Origin: Mobula birostris
Lineage: Eukaryota
Assembly: GCF_030028105.1 (NCBI RefSeq)
Contig: NC_092370.1
Span: forward strand, 201,172,005 to 201,236,004
DNA length: 64,000 nt
Direction: 5' to 3'
Shown: one piece after another, positions 21,625 to 33,300 of the stretch
Layout of the letters: every line of letters starts with the position of its first letter
Position numbering within the stretch: the first letter of the stretch is position 1
Program-made: the position numbers and the translations under genes
The notes under the pieces: generated by a model
What the model saw: only the letters and a program-made list of their open reading frames with translations
The model's database searches: none
Told to the model about the DNA's origin: nothing

Positions 21625-24600
21625 GGTGACGTAGGTATGTGTTGGGGAGCACTTCGGATCCAGTGATCACAATGCCATTAGTTTCAATATAATTATGGAG
21701 AAGGATAGGACTGGACCCAGGTTTGAGATTTTTGATTGGAGAAAGGCTAACTTTGAGGAGATGAGAAAGGATTTAGAAGGAGTGGATTTGTTTTATGGGA
21801 AGGATGTAATAGAGAAATGGAGCTCATTTAAAGGTGAAATTTTGAGGGTACAGAATCCTTATGTTCCTGTTAGGTTGAAAGGAAAGGTTAAAAGTTTGAG
21901 AGAGCCATGGTTTTCAAGGAATATTGGAAACTTGGTTCAGAAAAAGAGAGAGATCTACAATAAATATAGGGAGCTTGGAGTAAATGAGGTGCTCGAGGAA
22001 TATAAAGAATGTAAAAAGAATCCTAAGAGAGAAATTAGAAAAGCTAAAAGAAGATATGAGGTTGCTTTGGCAAGTAAGGTGAAAATAAATCCAAAGGGTT
22101 TCTACAGTTATATTAATAGCAAAAGGATAGTGAGGGATAACATTGGTCCCTTAGAGAATCAGAGCGGATGGCTATGTGCGGAGCCAAAAGAAATGGGGGA
22201 GATTTTGAACAATTTCTTTTCTTCGGTTCACTAAGGAGAAGGATATTGAATTGTGTTGTCATAAGGAGGTGGCTGGGAACGGACCCAAGTGTAAGACACA
22301 GACACTAAAGTACTAGGGACAGGACTAAGATACAGGCTGAGGGCAAGGACATGGACACGAAAACCAGGAACCCGGAACAGGACTGGACAAGAGATCTAGG
22401 AGCCCGGGCTTGGACTCCGAGCCAGACACTGGACAAGGACCCACTACCTGGGTCTTGCCTCTGGCTCGGACCCCAGAACTAGGCAAGGACGATGCTTGGC
22501 AGGCAGGCAGGACGAGGCTGGAGTCTTAGAGACTTGAGACGAGGCTTGGCAGGAGGCAGGAGACTTGAGGCAAGGCTTGGCAGGAGGCAGGATACTTGAG
22601 TCTTCAGGCTTGAGGCTAGGCAGGAGGCTGGAGTCTTCAGGCTTGAGGCTAGGCAGGCTCCTCTTGGGCAGGGTGTGGTTCTCCTGGGCAGGGCGCGGAT
22701 CACCACCCAACAGAGGCATGGGACAGGAAGGGACAGGACCAACCGCAGGTAATGGCAAGACGGCCTGACTTACCCGACAGAGGCAAGGGACAGGAAGGGA
22801 CAGAACCAACCGCAGGTAACGGCAAGACGGCCTGGCTTACCTGGGCGGAGGCAAGGGACAGGAAGGGAGCTAGTTACAGGGTGGCTCCAGGACAAGACTA
22901 CAGGCGAGACGAGGCAAGAGTTACCAGCAAGACAAGGCAAGGCTTCAGGCAATGCAAGGCGAGACGAGAACTTCAGGTGAGGCAAAAGTTACTGGCAAAG
23001 GCAAGGCTTCAGGCAATGCAAGGCGAGACGAGAACTTCAGGTGAGGCAAAAGTTACAGGCAAAGGCAAGGCAAAGGCAAGGCAAAGGCAAGGCAAAGGCA
23101 AGGAAACAGAAGGCAGGGAAAGGGATACAAGGAGTAAGGACAAGAACAATCCAGCAGCCACACCCTGGTCTCTGAAGGTATTTATACAGCCAGCCCCAAC
23201 GAGCATCAGCTGACTCAATTAGAGCTCAACAGGACCAGAAACAGGGTAGACAGGAAAACCTGGAGCAAGGGTCGATGGACCGGACCGTGAACCGGAATGT
23301 GGACTTCACGGACCGGACCATGTCATGTGTAAGGTAAGGGAAACAAGTAAGGTAGTTATGGAAACTATGATGATTAAAGAAGAGGAAGTACTGGCGCTTT
23401 TAAAGAATATAAAAGTGGATAAGTCTCCAGGTCCTGACAGGATACTCCCTAGGACCTTCAGGGAAGTTAGTGTGGAAATGGCAGGGGCTCTGACAGAAAT
23501 ATTTCAAATGTCATTAGAAACAGGAATGGTACTGGAGGACTGGCATATTGCTCATGTTGTTCCATTGTTTAAAAAGGGTTCTAAGAGTAAACCTAGCAAT
23601 TATCGGCCTGTGAGTTTGATGTCAGTGGTGGGTAAATTGATGGAAAGTATTCTTAGAGATGGTATATATAATTATCTGGATAGACAGGGTCTGATTAGGA
23701 ACAGTCAACATGGATTTGTGCGTGAAAGGTCATGTTTGGCAAATCTTATTGAATTTTTTTGAAGAGGTTACCAGGAAAGTTGACGAGGGTAAAGCGGTGG
23801 ATGTTGTCTATGTGGACATCAGTAAGGCCTTTGACAAGGTTCCACACGGAAGATCAGTTAGGAAAGTTCAATCGTTAGGTATTAATATTGAAGTAGTAAA
23901 ATAGATTCAGCAGTGGCTGGATGGGAGACGCCAGAGAGTAGTGGTGGATAAGTGCTTGTCAGATTGGAGGCCGGTGACTAGTGGTGTGCCTCAGGGATCT
24001 GTACTGGGTCCAATGTTGTTTGTCATATATATTAATGATCTGGATGATGGGGTGGTAAATTCGATTAGTAAGTATGCAGATGATACTAAGATAGGTGGAA
24101 TTGTGGATAATGAAGTAGGTTTTCAAAGCTTGCAGAGAGATTTAGGCCAGTTAGAAGCGTGGGCTGAAAGATGGCAGATAGAGTTTAATGCTGATAAATG
24201 TGAGGTGCTACATTTTGGTAGGACTAATCAAAATAGGACATACATGGTAAATGGTAGGGCATTGAAGAATGCAGTTGAACAGAGGGATCTAGGAATAATG
24301 GTGCATAGTTCCCTGAAGGTGGAATCTCGTGTGGATAGAGTGGTGAAGAAAGCTTTTGGTATGCTGGCCTTTAGAAATCAGAGCATTGAGTATAGGAGTT
24401 GGGATGTAATGTTGAAATTGTACAAGGCATTGGTAAGGCCAAATTTGGAGTATTGTGTACAGTTCTGGTCACCGAATTGTAGGAAAGATGTCAACAAAAT
24501 TGAGAGAGTACAGAGAAGATTTACTGGAATGTTACCTGGGTTTCATCTCTTAAGTTACAAAGAAAGTTTGAACAAGTTGGGTCTTTATTCTTTGGAGCGC

Positions 24601-24990
24601 AGAAGGTTGAGGGAGGACTTGATAGAGATATTTAAAATTATGAGGGGGATAGATAGAGTTGACGTGGATAGGCTTTTTCCATTGAGAGTAGGGGAGATTC
24701 AAACAAGAGGACATGAGTTGAGAGTTAAAGGGCAAAAGTTTAGGGGTAACATGAGGGGGAACTTCTTTACTCAGAGAGTGGTAGCTGTGTGGAACGAGCT
24801 TCCAGCAGAAGTGGTTGAGGCAGGTTCAATGTTGTTGTTTAAATTTAAATTGGATAGATATATGGACAGGAAAGGAATGGAGGGTTATGGGCTGAGTGCA
24901 GGTCGGTGGGACTAGGTGAGCGTAAGAGTTCGGCACAGACTAGAAGGGTCAAGATGGCCTGTTTCTGTGCTGTAATTGTTATATGGTTAT
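21625..24990 (+). mobile_element. Relatively young CR1 LINE, 5'-truncated ORF2 with RT
   Basis: KSPGPD, NYRPVSL, SQHGF, SKAFDKVPH, SGVPQGSVLGP, SKYADDTK; 324-aa open stretch 23941-24915; few frameshifts. Confidence 0.95.
22257..23325 (-). mobile_element. Solo-LTR-like insertion (Ty3/Gypsy-type) with internal tandem repeats
   Basis: TG...CA ends; 5-bp TSD tgtgt at 22252-22256 and 23326-23330; TATA-like TGTATAAATACC on minus strand at 23177-23188. Confidence 0.8.
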
Positions 24991-26150
24991 ACTGGATGCT
25001 CTCTACTGTACAACTGTAGAATGATGTGAGTATGGATGTGCCCAGTCCAGCTCTCTTCAACCTCCTCAGGAAGTAGAGGCATTGGTGAGCTTTCCTGACT
25101 GTGAAGGATGTGTTCTGGGACCATGAAAGGTTGTGTATGATGTGCACTCCCACTCCACTGCTGTACCATCGATGTAAAGCAGGTGTGAGTGGCGCGAGCT
25201 CTCCTGAAGTCAATAACCATTTCCCTTCTCATGTTGAAATTAAGCAAAAGGTTATTTATATGGCACCAGGCCTCGAGCTCTTCCATCTCTTCAATGTATG
25301 CTGTCTCATCATTGATGGTGATGAGCCCCACCACCGTCGTGACATCAGTGAACCCCACTATGTGATTACTTGGGCATTTGGCCGTGCAGTCATGTGTGAG
25401 CAGAGAGTACAGCAGTGGGCTCAGCACACACCCTGAGGGTACCCGTGTTGAGGATGATGGGGAGGGAGGAGTGTTTGCACAACCTGACTATCTTAGATTC
25501 AAGGTCCAAAATTGTTCACAATATTCTGAATGTGTCTGACCATTTCAGCCTCCCCAGAAAGTAGAGGCGTTGATAAGCTTTCTTGACTGTGTAGGATGTT
25601 GTCTGGGACTATGAGACATTGCGTATGATGGGCACTCAGGAGTTTGAAACTTCTTGCTGCTGTGCCACCGATGTAAAGCGTAGTGTGAGTGGTGCAAGTT
25701 GATGACCGTCTCCATTGTCTTGTTGACATTAAGGAAGGGGTTGGCACCAAGGTGCGAGCTCTTTCCCCTCCTCTCTATAGGCCATCTGATCATTGCTGGT
25801 GATGAGACCCACCAATGTCAAACCTGAAGATGAGGTTGCTCAGGTGTCTGTCTGTGCAGTCACGTGTGAGCGGACTACTCAGCAATGACAGGCTCAGCAC
25901 ATGGCCCTGGGGGGCAACCGTGTTGAGGACGATGGGGGAGGGAGGAATGGTTGAAAATCCTGACAATCTGAGGTCGGTTTGTTGGGAAGTCTAACACCCA
26001 GTTGCACAGTGGTTCTTTTAGACTGAGGAGTAGGAATTTGTTTACCAGGTCTGTGGGACAACAGTACTGAATGCTGAAATGAAATCCAGAAACAGCAGTC
26101 TGACATAAGTGACCTTGTTTTCCAGGTGTGTCAGGGCCAGGTGCATGACA
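24991..26150 (-). mobile_element. Two adjacent Rex1/Babar RT fragments covering overlapping regions
   Basis: [13 protein letters not shown]...FTDVTT (24987-25500) and a second, more decayed copy (25545-26150). Confidence 0.8.
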
Positions 26151-26431
26151 AATGCTGTTGTTCTGTTGATAATAAGAAAATTTTCCTACAATTGATCAGG
26201 ATTTTGCCTCTGTTTAGTACTACTCTAAGGATTTAGTTCTGTCTAAAACTAAAATAAATATTAATTAAAATAGCAAATACATGTTCTTAAGATCACCAAC
26301 ATAAATTTATAACATGTTTCGCAGTTGCAGTGTGAGCTTTTATTTAGTGTCAAATCTAGTATAATTGAGTTTTTGCAAAGGATTACCATAACACCTACAG
26401 AAGTTGTCAGTAAGTTTCCTTTCAGAAATAC

Positions 26432-26916
26432 TGCAGACATTGTCCTAGTGTCTGAGTCTACTAAGCAAGTGGTGCTGCTGGAGCTGACAGTCCCATGGGA
26501 AGATAGCTTGGAGGAGGCCTTTGAAAGGAAGCTCTCCAAGTACGCAGGACTGGTCAGCAACTGTCAGCAGGCTGGATGGAGAGCGAGGTGTCTCCCAGTG
26601 GAGGTTGGTTGTAGGGGATTCGTAGCCCATTCTTTAGTTAGAGCATTCAGCATTTTGGGCATCGAGGGAGAGAGGAAGAGGAGAGCCATCCGCAGTACCA
26701 CGGATGCGGCAGAGAGGGCCTCAAGATGGCTGTGGCTCAAAAGAGGGGAGCCATGGAGTCATAAGTAGCTAGCCATCTGGACACAAGCTGGGGTCTGATC
26801 GGCCCCGGCTGGGTCACCTGGAGGAGGTTGTATGACGTTGAAAGACCCGAAACACCCGATGATTCCAGGAACATCACTGAAGATGTGTCCAGAAGCATCA
26901 GTAGCATCAGTAGCAT
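26432..26916 (+). mobile_element. HERO-like (R2 group) non-LTR retrotransposon 3' fragment with restriction-like endonuclease
   Basis: DIVLVSESTKQVVLLELTVPWEDSLEEAFERKLSKY...PVEVGCRGF...AERASRWLWLKR; short 3' UTR ending in agcatcagt repeats. Confidence 0.85.
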
Positions 26917-27329
26917 TCTGACAGAAGCATCTATGTATGTACATAGTAGATGCATTGGTCATTGGATTGTAAATATACAAGAGTGGAGGATGGCATAGAT
27001 AGTACTTAACTCACTTTATTCATTCTTGTTTACGTAATCAGCTATCAAAGCATGACAGAGAAATAAGGCAGAGGGAATAATACTGGTGTTTCAGACTCAC
27101 TAGAGACTCTAGAACTGATAACTGCAACCTGTTGTGATAGCTGGCAAACTTCTGCCAATAATTAGCTAACACATGAAAGTCACTACTGTCCTCAATTGAA
27201 CACAATAACATACTGTGTAAAAACTTTAAAAGTACAATGGGCAAACTATGATCAGACTTTGTTAGATTTGATAGACTATGGCCAAGAAAATGCACCAGTG
27301 CCTCTAGTTCCTCTCGGGACAAAGAAATT

Positions 27330-27925
27330 CATCATGTTCCATTGTCCTTCACTAATTTTTACAGATGCACCATAGAAAGCATCTTATCTGGATGCATTGC
27401 AGCTCAGTATGCCCACAAGCGCAAGCAACTGCAGGGAGTTGCGGAAACATCTCAGTACATCACTTGGCTACCTAAAGCTTGACTACCATCCATAGCCTCT
27501 GTCTGCATTTCTTACTGCCTCAGTAAAGCAGTCAGCATAATCAAGCCACCCCAACATCCCCAGATACTTTCCCTTCTTCCCCCTTCCATCAGACAGAAAA
27601 TACAAAAGCCTGAAAGATTGTGCCAGCAGGCTCAAGGACAGCTTCTATCCTACTGTTATAAGATTATTAAATGGTCCCCTTGTATGATGAGATGAGATGT
27701 TCTCTTGACCCTACAACCTACTTTGTTATGGTCTTGAAACTTATTTTCTGAATGTACTGCATTTCTCTGTAACCGTAACTCTTCATTCTGCTTTGTGCTA
27801 TTGTTTTCCCTTGTACTCAATGTACTGATGTCATGAAATGATCTGTATGGATGGTATACAGTTTTCCACTGTACCTCACTACATGTGACAATAATAACCA
27901 ATTTACCAATCTACCAATTTTCCAA
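27330..27925 (+). mobile_element. Rex1/Babar LINE 3' fragment
   Basis: ttttacagatgcaccatagaaagcatc; ctcaaggacagcttctatcc; tail (accaatt)n. Confidence 0.8.
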
Positions 27926-28614
27926 CTTAGCTATTAAGATTATTGGTATAAATGCATATTTGAAATTTGTGGTGGGAGAAGTTTAATTTCCCATATAGTT
28001 TTATTACTTAGAAAACATTTTAACATGAAATTAATAGTTTACTTATTCCTACAGTAACACATACTTTGTTTGCACTTTGGAGACAGAATTCACTGACTCC
28101 CAATCCTATTTGACAGAATGGGTATTATACCGTCCTGCTGGAAAATACTACATACATGATGTATCATTGTATCATTTGAAAGCATTTCCTTTGTAAAGTC
28201 CGAATGCTTCTATTAACATTTTACCATCCTACAAGCTAAGTAACAATTTCTATATTTACCATTTCTATTGACATCCTCCACCCTCATGCTTATTATAATC
28301 ACAGCCATATAAAATAAAAATTTATCATTATATCCTCCATATTACACAACTGACTAGTAGGTCATATACTAAAACTCTTTTCCTCCTCTGAATTCATTAC
28401 ACATAAATGAAATTGAAAACAGTTTGAACCAATTTTTCAATATTATAGTGTTAAAAAGTAATCCACAAATCTGTGCAGGTTTTTTAAAAATTCTATTTAA
28501 TTGATAACATTTCATTTGTTGTAAGAGGAATATAGCTGGTTTTCACATAGTTCTAACAGACTAAATCAAAATTCAGTGTATTTGTTACTTCGATGAATAT
28601 TTCTGATTGTGTCT

Positions 28615-30182
28615 TAGAAACATAGAAAACCTATAGCACAATACAGGCCCTTCAGCCCACAATGCTGTGCCGAACATGTACTTACTTTAGAAATTACCTA
28701 GGGTTACCCACAGCCGTCTATTTTTCTAAGCTCTACGTACCTCTCCAGGAACCTCTTAAAAGACCCTATCATATGTGCCTCCACCACCGTTGCCGGGAGA
28801 CCATTCCACGCTCTCACCACTCTCTGCATAAAAAAACTTACCCCTGACGTTTCCTCTGTACCTGCTTCCAAGCACCTTAAAACTGTGCCTTCTCGTGCTA
28901 GCCATTTTAGCCCTGGGAAAGAGCCTCTGACTATCCACACAATTAATGCCTCTCATCATCTTATACACCTCTATCAGGTCACCTCTCATCCTCCGTCGCT
29001 CCAAGGAGAAAAGGCCAAGTTCCCACAACCTATTCTCATAAGGCATGCTCCCCAATCCGGGCAACATCCTTGGAAATCCCCCCTGCGCCCTTTCTATAGT
29101 TTCCACATCCTTCCTGTAGTGAGGTAGCCAGAACTGACCACAGTACTCCAAGTGGGGTCTGACCAGGGTCCTATATAGCTGTAACATTACCTCACAGCTC
29201 TTGAACTCAATCCAGCAGTTGATGAAGTCCAATACACCATTCGCCTTCTTAACCACACAGACAATCTGCACAGCAGCTTTGAGTGTCCTAAGAACTCAGA
29301 CCCCAAGATCCCTCTGATCCTCCACACTGCCAAGAGTCTTACCATTAATACTATATTCTGCCATCATATTTGACCTACCAAAGTGAACCACTTCACACTT
29401 ATCTGGGTTAAACTCCACCTGCCACTTCTCAGCCCAGTTTTGCATCCTATCAATGTCCCGCTGTAACCTCTGACAGCCCTCCACACTATCCACAATACCC
29501 CCAACCTTTGTGTCATCAGCAAATTTACTAACCCATCCCTCCACTTCCTCATGCAGGTCATTTATAAAAATCACGAAGAGAAGGGGTCCCAGAACAGATC
29601 CCTGAGGTACACCACTGGTCACCAACCTCCATGCAGGATCTGACCTGTCAACAACCACTGTGGGCAAGTCAATTCTGGATCCACAAAGCAAAGTCCCCAT
29701 GGATCCCATACTTCCTTACTTTCTCAATAAGCCTTGCATGGGGTACCTTATCAAATGCCTTACTGAAATCTATATACACTACATCTACAGCTCTACCTTC
29801 ATCAATGTGTGTAGCCACATCCTCCAAAACTTCAATCAGGCTCGCAAGGCACGACCTGCCTTTGACAAAGCCATGCTGACTATTCCTATTCATATTATGC
29901 CTCTCAAAATGTTTATAAATCCTGTCTCTCAGGATCTTCTCCATCAACTTGCTCACCACTGAAGTAAGTCTCACTGGTCTATAATTTCCTGGGCTATCTC
30001 TACTCCCTTTCTTGAATAAGGGAACAACATCTGCAACCCTCTAATCCTCTGGAACCTCTCCCATCCCCATTGATGATGCAAAGATCATTGCCAGAGGCTC
30101 AGCAATCTCTTCCTTCACCTCCCACAGTTGCCTGGGGTACATCTCATCCAGTCCCGGTGACTTATCCAACTTGATGCTTTCT
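28615..30182 (-). mobile_element. CR1 LINE RT/3' fragment
   Basis: SGVPQGSVLGPLLFVIFINDL, KFADDTK, DFSKAFDKVPH, KSPGLD; tail tagaaacatagaaa. Confidence 0.95.
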
Positions 30183-30210
30183 TGTATGTAAAACCTATTG
30201 GCTTTCCAGT

Positions 30211-30579
30211 NNNNNNNNNNNNNNNNNNNNNNNNNNNNNNNNNNNNNNNNNNNNNNNNNNNNNNNNNNNNNNNNNNNNNNNNNNNNNNNNNNNNNNNNNN
30301 NNNNNNNNNNNNNNNNNNNNNNNNNNNNNNNNNNNNNNNNNNNNNNNNNNNNNNNNNNNNNNNNNNNNNNNNNNNNNNNNNNNNNNNNNNNNNNNNNNNN
30401 NNNNNNNNNNNNNNNNNNNNNNNNNNNNNNNNNNNNNNNNNNNNNNNNNNNNNNNNNNNNNNNNNNNNNNNNNNNNNNNNNNNNNNNNNNNNNNNNNNNN
30501 NNNNNNNNNNNNNNNNNNNNNNNNNNNNNNNNNNNNNNNNNNNNNNNNNNNNNNNNNNNNNNNNNNNNNNNNNNNNNNN
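30211..30579. other. Assembly gap (369 N)
   Basis: Run of N. Confidence 1.
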
Positions 30580-30879
30580 GGCTCGCCAGAGACTTCTGTC
30601 CTGGGCCAGTCCAGATGTGGCCCATCTTCTTGGTGTATCCTTCCACTCCCAGGGATGAGATATTTGGAGCTTCTGTTAGTGTTTCAGTAGTACTGGGTTT
30701 ATATGGGATGGTGTTGCTAGCCCATGCCCAATCCTGCTCCATTTACAGCCAGGATTAGCACCATCCATGGCAGAGTTTAAATAATTTATCATACTTGTAA
30801 ATATTTTTATCATAAATATTTTTTTCTTCAGCCTCCTGGTATTACAACTGCTTCTGCTCCTCCCTCTAAATAAAACCCA

Positions 30880-31670
30880 AATACAAAGGAGCAGATTAGG
30901 CCATTCAGTCCATTGAGTCTGCTCCACCATTCCATCATGGCTGATTTATTATTCCTCTCAATCCCATTGTCCTGCCCTCTCCCCAAAACCTTTGGCGCCC
31001 CGACTAATCAAGATCTTATCAACCTCTGCTTTAAATATACCCATTGACAGCCTCCACAGCCGTCTGTGGTAATGAATTCTACAGATTCACCGCCCTCTGG
31101 CTGAAGAAATTCCTCCTCATCTCTGTTCTAACAGGACTTCTTTCTGTTGTGAGGCTGTGTCCTCTGGTCCTAGATTCACCCCTAAAGGAAACATCCTCTC
31201 CAAGACCACGGTCTCTCGGCCTTTCAATGTTTATTTATTTGTTGAGATACAGAGCAGAACAGACCCTCCCAGCCCTTTGAGCCTCGTCACCCAACAACCC
31301 ACGATTTAATCCTATCCTAATCATATGACAATTTATAAATGACCAGTTATACTACCATCCAGTACATCTTTGGACTGTGGGAGGAAACTGGAGCATCCGG
31401 AGGAAAGCCACACAATCATGGGGAGAATGTACAGACAGTGGCGGGAATTGAACCCGAGTCGCCTGTGCTGTGAAGCATTGTGCTAACCACTGCAATACTG
31501 TGCTGCCCTATCTGATAGATTTCAATAGGCTCTCCCCTCGTTCTTCTAAACTCCAGCAAGTACAGTCCCAGAGCCATCAAACTCTCCTCATTCACCCTTT
31601 TGTTCCTGGGATCATTTTCTTGTACCTCCTCTGGACTCTCTCCAATGCCAACACATCCTTTCTTAGAATA
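30880..31670 (-). mobile_element. CR1 3' fragment split by a SINE
   Basis: CR1 3' UTR 30880-31228, RT C-terminus resumes at 31510-31670. Confidence 0.8.
31229..31510 (-). mobile_element. tRNA-derived V-domain SINE (HE1-like)
   Basis: tttggactgtgggaggaaactggagca.ccggagga V-domain; B-box-like gggttcaattccc on minus strand; A-rich tail. Confidence 0.75.
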
Positions 31671-31869
31671 AAGAGCCTGGTAAAGCAATTATTTGACTCC
31701 TACCACACTTTTCTTCAAGTATGACCCTTTACAGTAAGTGTACAAAATAATGTTTGTTTTCACTTGGTAAGCAGGGGTAGAGGGTTGATGGTGATGGGTG
31801 GTGCAGGTTAGAGATCATAATGATTCTTTGGTTGAATCTTCCTCATATTGGCACTCACTGCAGACCAAT

Positions 31870-32135
31870 CTACTTAGAACAGAGATGAGGGGGAATTTCT
31901 TTAGCCAGAGGGTGGTGAATCTGTGGAATTCATTGCCACAGACAGCTGTGGAGGCCAAGTCATTATTTAAAGTGGAGGTTGTAGATTCTTGGTCAATAGA
32001 TTCCTGGGTGTCAAAGGTTATGGAAAGAAAACAGGAGGATGGGTTGAGAAGGATAATAAATCAGCCATGATGGAATAGTGGACCAGACACTATGAGCTAA
32101 ATGGCCTAATTCTGCTCCTTTGTCTTATGGTCTTT
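31870..32135 (+). mobile_element. CR1 3' end fragment
   Basis: RTEMRGNFFSQRVVNLWNSLP; tail tcttatggtc. Confidence 0.8.
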
Positions 32136-32317
32136 TTCACAATGACAAAAAATGTGCTTTCTACAGGCATATACTTACGACAGAAAGGAAGTCGCAAAAA
32201 CCTGCACAGAAGGCAAGAGAACACTAGAAAGGGGAAAGTTTGCAGATCTGTATCTTCAGGAACTAACTATCATACCTGGAACTCCCAGGGCAACAGTGTG
32301 AGTAATGGGGCTGCATC

Positions 32318-32580
32318 TTGGGGTGCCGCAGTAGTGTAGAGGTTAGCGTAACACTATTACAGCATGGGGCAGGGGAGTGCAGAGTTCATTTCCGGCATCC
32401 TCTGTAAGAAGGTTTGTATGTATGTTCTTCCCATGTGCATGTGGGTTTCCTCCACAGTCCAAAGACGTACTGGTTAGCAGGTTAATTGGTCATTGTGATT
32501 AGATGGGTTGCTGAGCAGCGCAGCTTGGTGAGCCAGAAGGGCTAGTTTTGTGCAGGATCTATCAATAAAATAAAATAAAT
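32318..32580 (+). mobile_element. tRNA-derived V-domain SINE
   Basis: A-box-like gtagtgtagaggttagc; gtgggtttcctcc...cagtccaaagacgt; aataaaataaaataa tail. Confidence 0.75.
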
Positions 32581-33009
32581 TTCAGTAGGAAGACCGTCAT
32601 ATGCACGTGTCCTGTGTCACAGTAAATATTGGAATCCATTACTGGGCCTGTGCACCTTTGCTTTGGCATTGAGATCACCATGACCATTAACATTTAGACC
32701 TCTAGCTCCTCCTGAACTACCAGTCATAAATTCAGTTTACAATACACACAACCATCCAGCAGGTTTTGATGCATCATTTGTGAAACTGTAGTAGACTATT
32801 ACCCTCCCCAGGAAGAAAGGCAAGCAGATTCATTGCAATCGAGAGCATCATAGGCTACATGCTCCTGGCTATGAGTTTGATCAATCCATTCACTCGTTGT
32901 AGAAATTCTGAGAAGTAAACCAACTTCTTTTGTTTGAGTTACCGAGCTGCAGAAACTTAGGGTTCCTCTTTGAGGAATTTTCATTCTTCATATTTAGTTT
33001 CTACTGATA

Positions 33010-33300
33010 GAATTATAAAGCATGGATGGCCCATCCAGCCTCATAAGCCTGTGCCGATAACCAGCTGATCATTTACTCAAATCCTACATTAATCCCATCT
33101 TTTACCTCTCCCCACATTCCCATCATTTCCCCCAATCCTACTACTCACCTATACAATGGCTTAAGTAACCTACTGACCTGTGTGTCTTTGGGATGTTGGA
33201 GGAAACACATGCAAACTCTGTGCAGAGTCTACCTGAAGTCTGGATTAAATTGAGCTTTCTGGCACTGAAAAGCATTGACTCTTCTTGCTGAGTCAATGCA
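33010..33300 (-). mobile_element. Decayed V-domain SINE
   Basis: gtgtctttgggatgttggaggaaac. Confidence 0.55.

Noticed and set aside
22496-23102. Repeat arrays that might be read as CRISPR-like
   Set aside because: Head-to-tail units without unique spacers, in a vertebrate LTR; no cas genes
22444-23218. Several 70-150 aa ORFs with repetitive peptides
   Set aside because: They arise from tandem repeats inside the solo LTR; low complexity, open on both strands
23941-24915. Long RT ORFs (also 41960-42889, 47480-48196) as host or domesticated genes
   Set aside because: They lie in truncated or frameshifted LINE copies with normal 3' tails; openness reflects young age
26825-26885. gaaac and tga motifs in the HERO 3' UTR as a hammerhead
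   Set aside because: No CUGAnGA correctly positioned with supporting stems
27038-27322. 94-aa minus-strand ORF in unique sequence
   Set aside because: No recognisable homology and no convincing splice signals
30041-30758. ORFs of 158-233 aa spanning this region
   Set aside because: Artefacts of translating through the N gap
32318-32400. tRNA-like sequence
   Set aside because: SINE head followed by V-domain and A-rich tail; no complete cloverleaf
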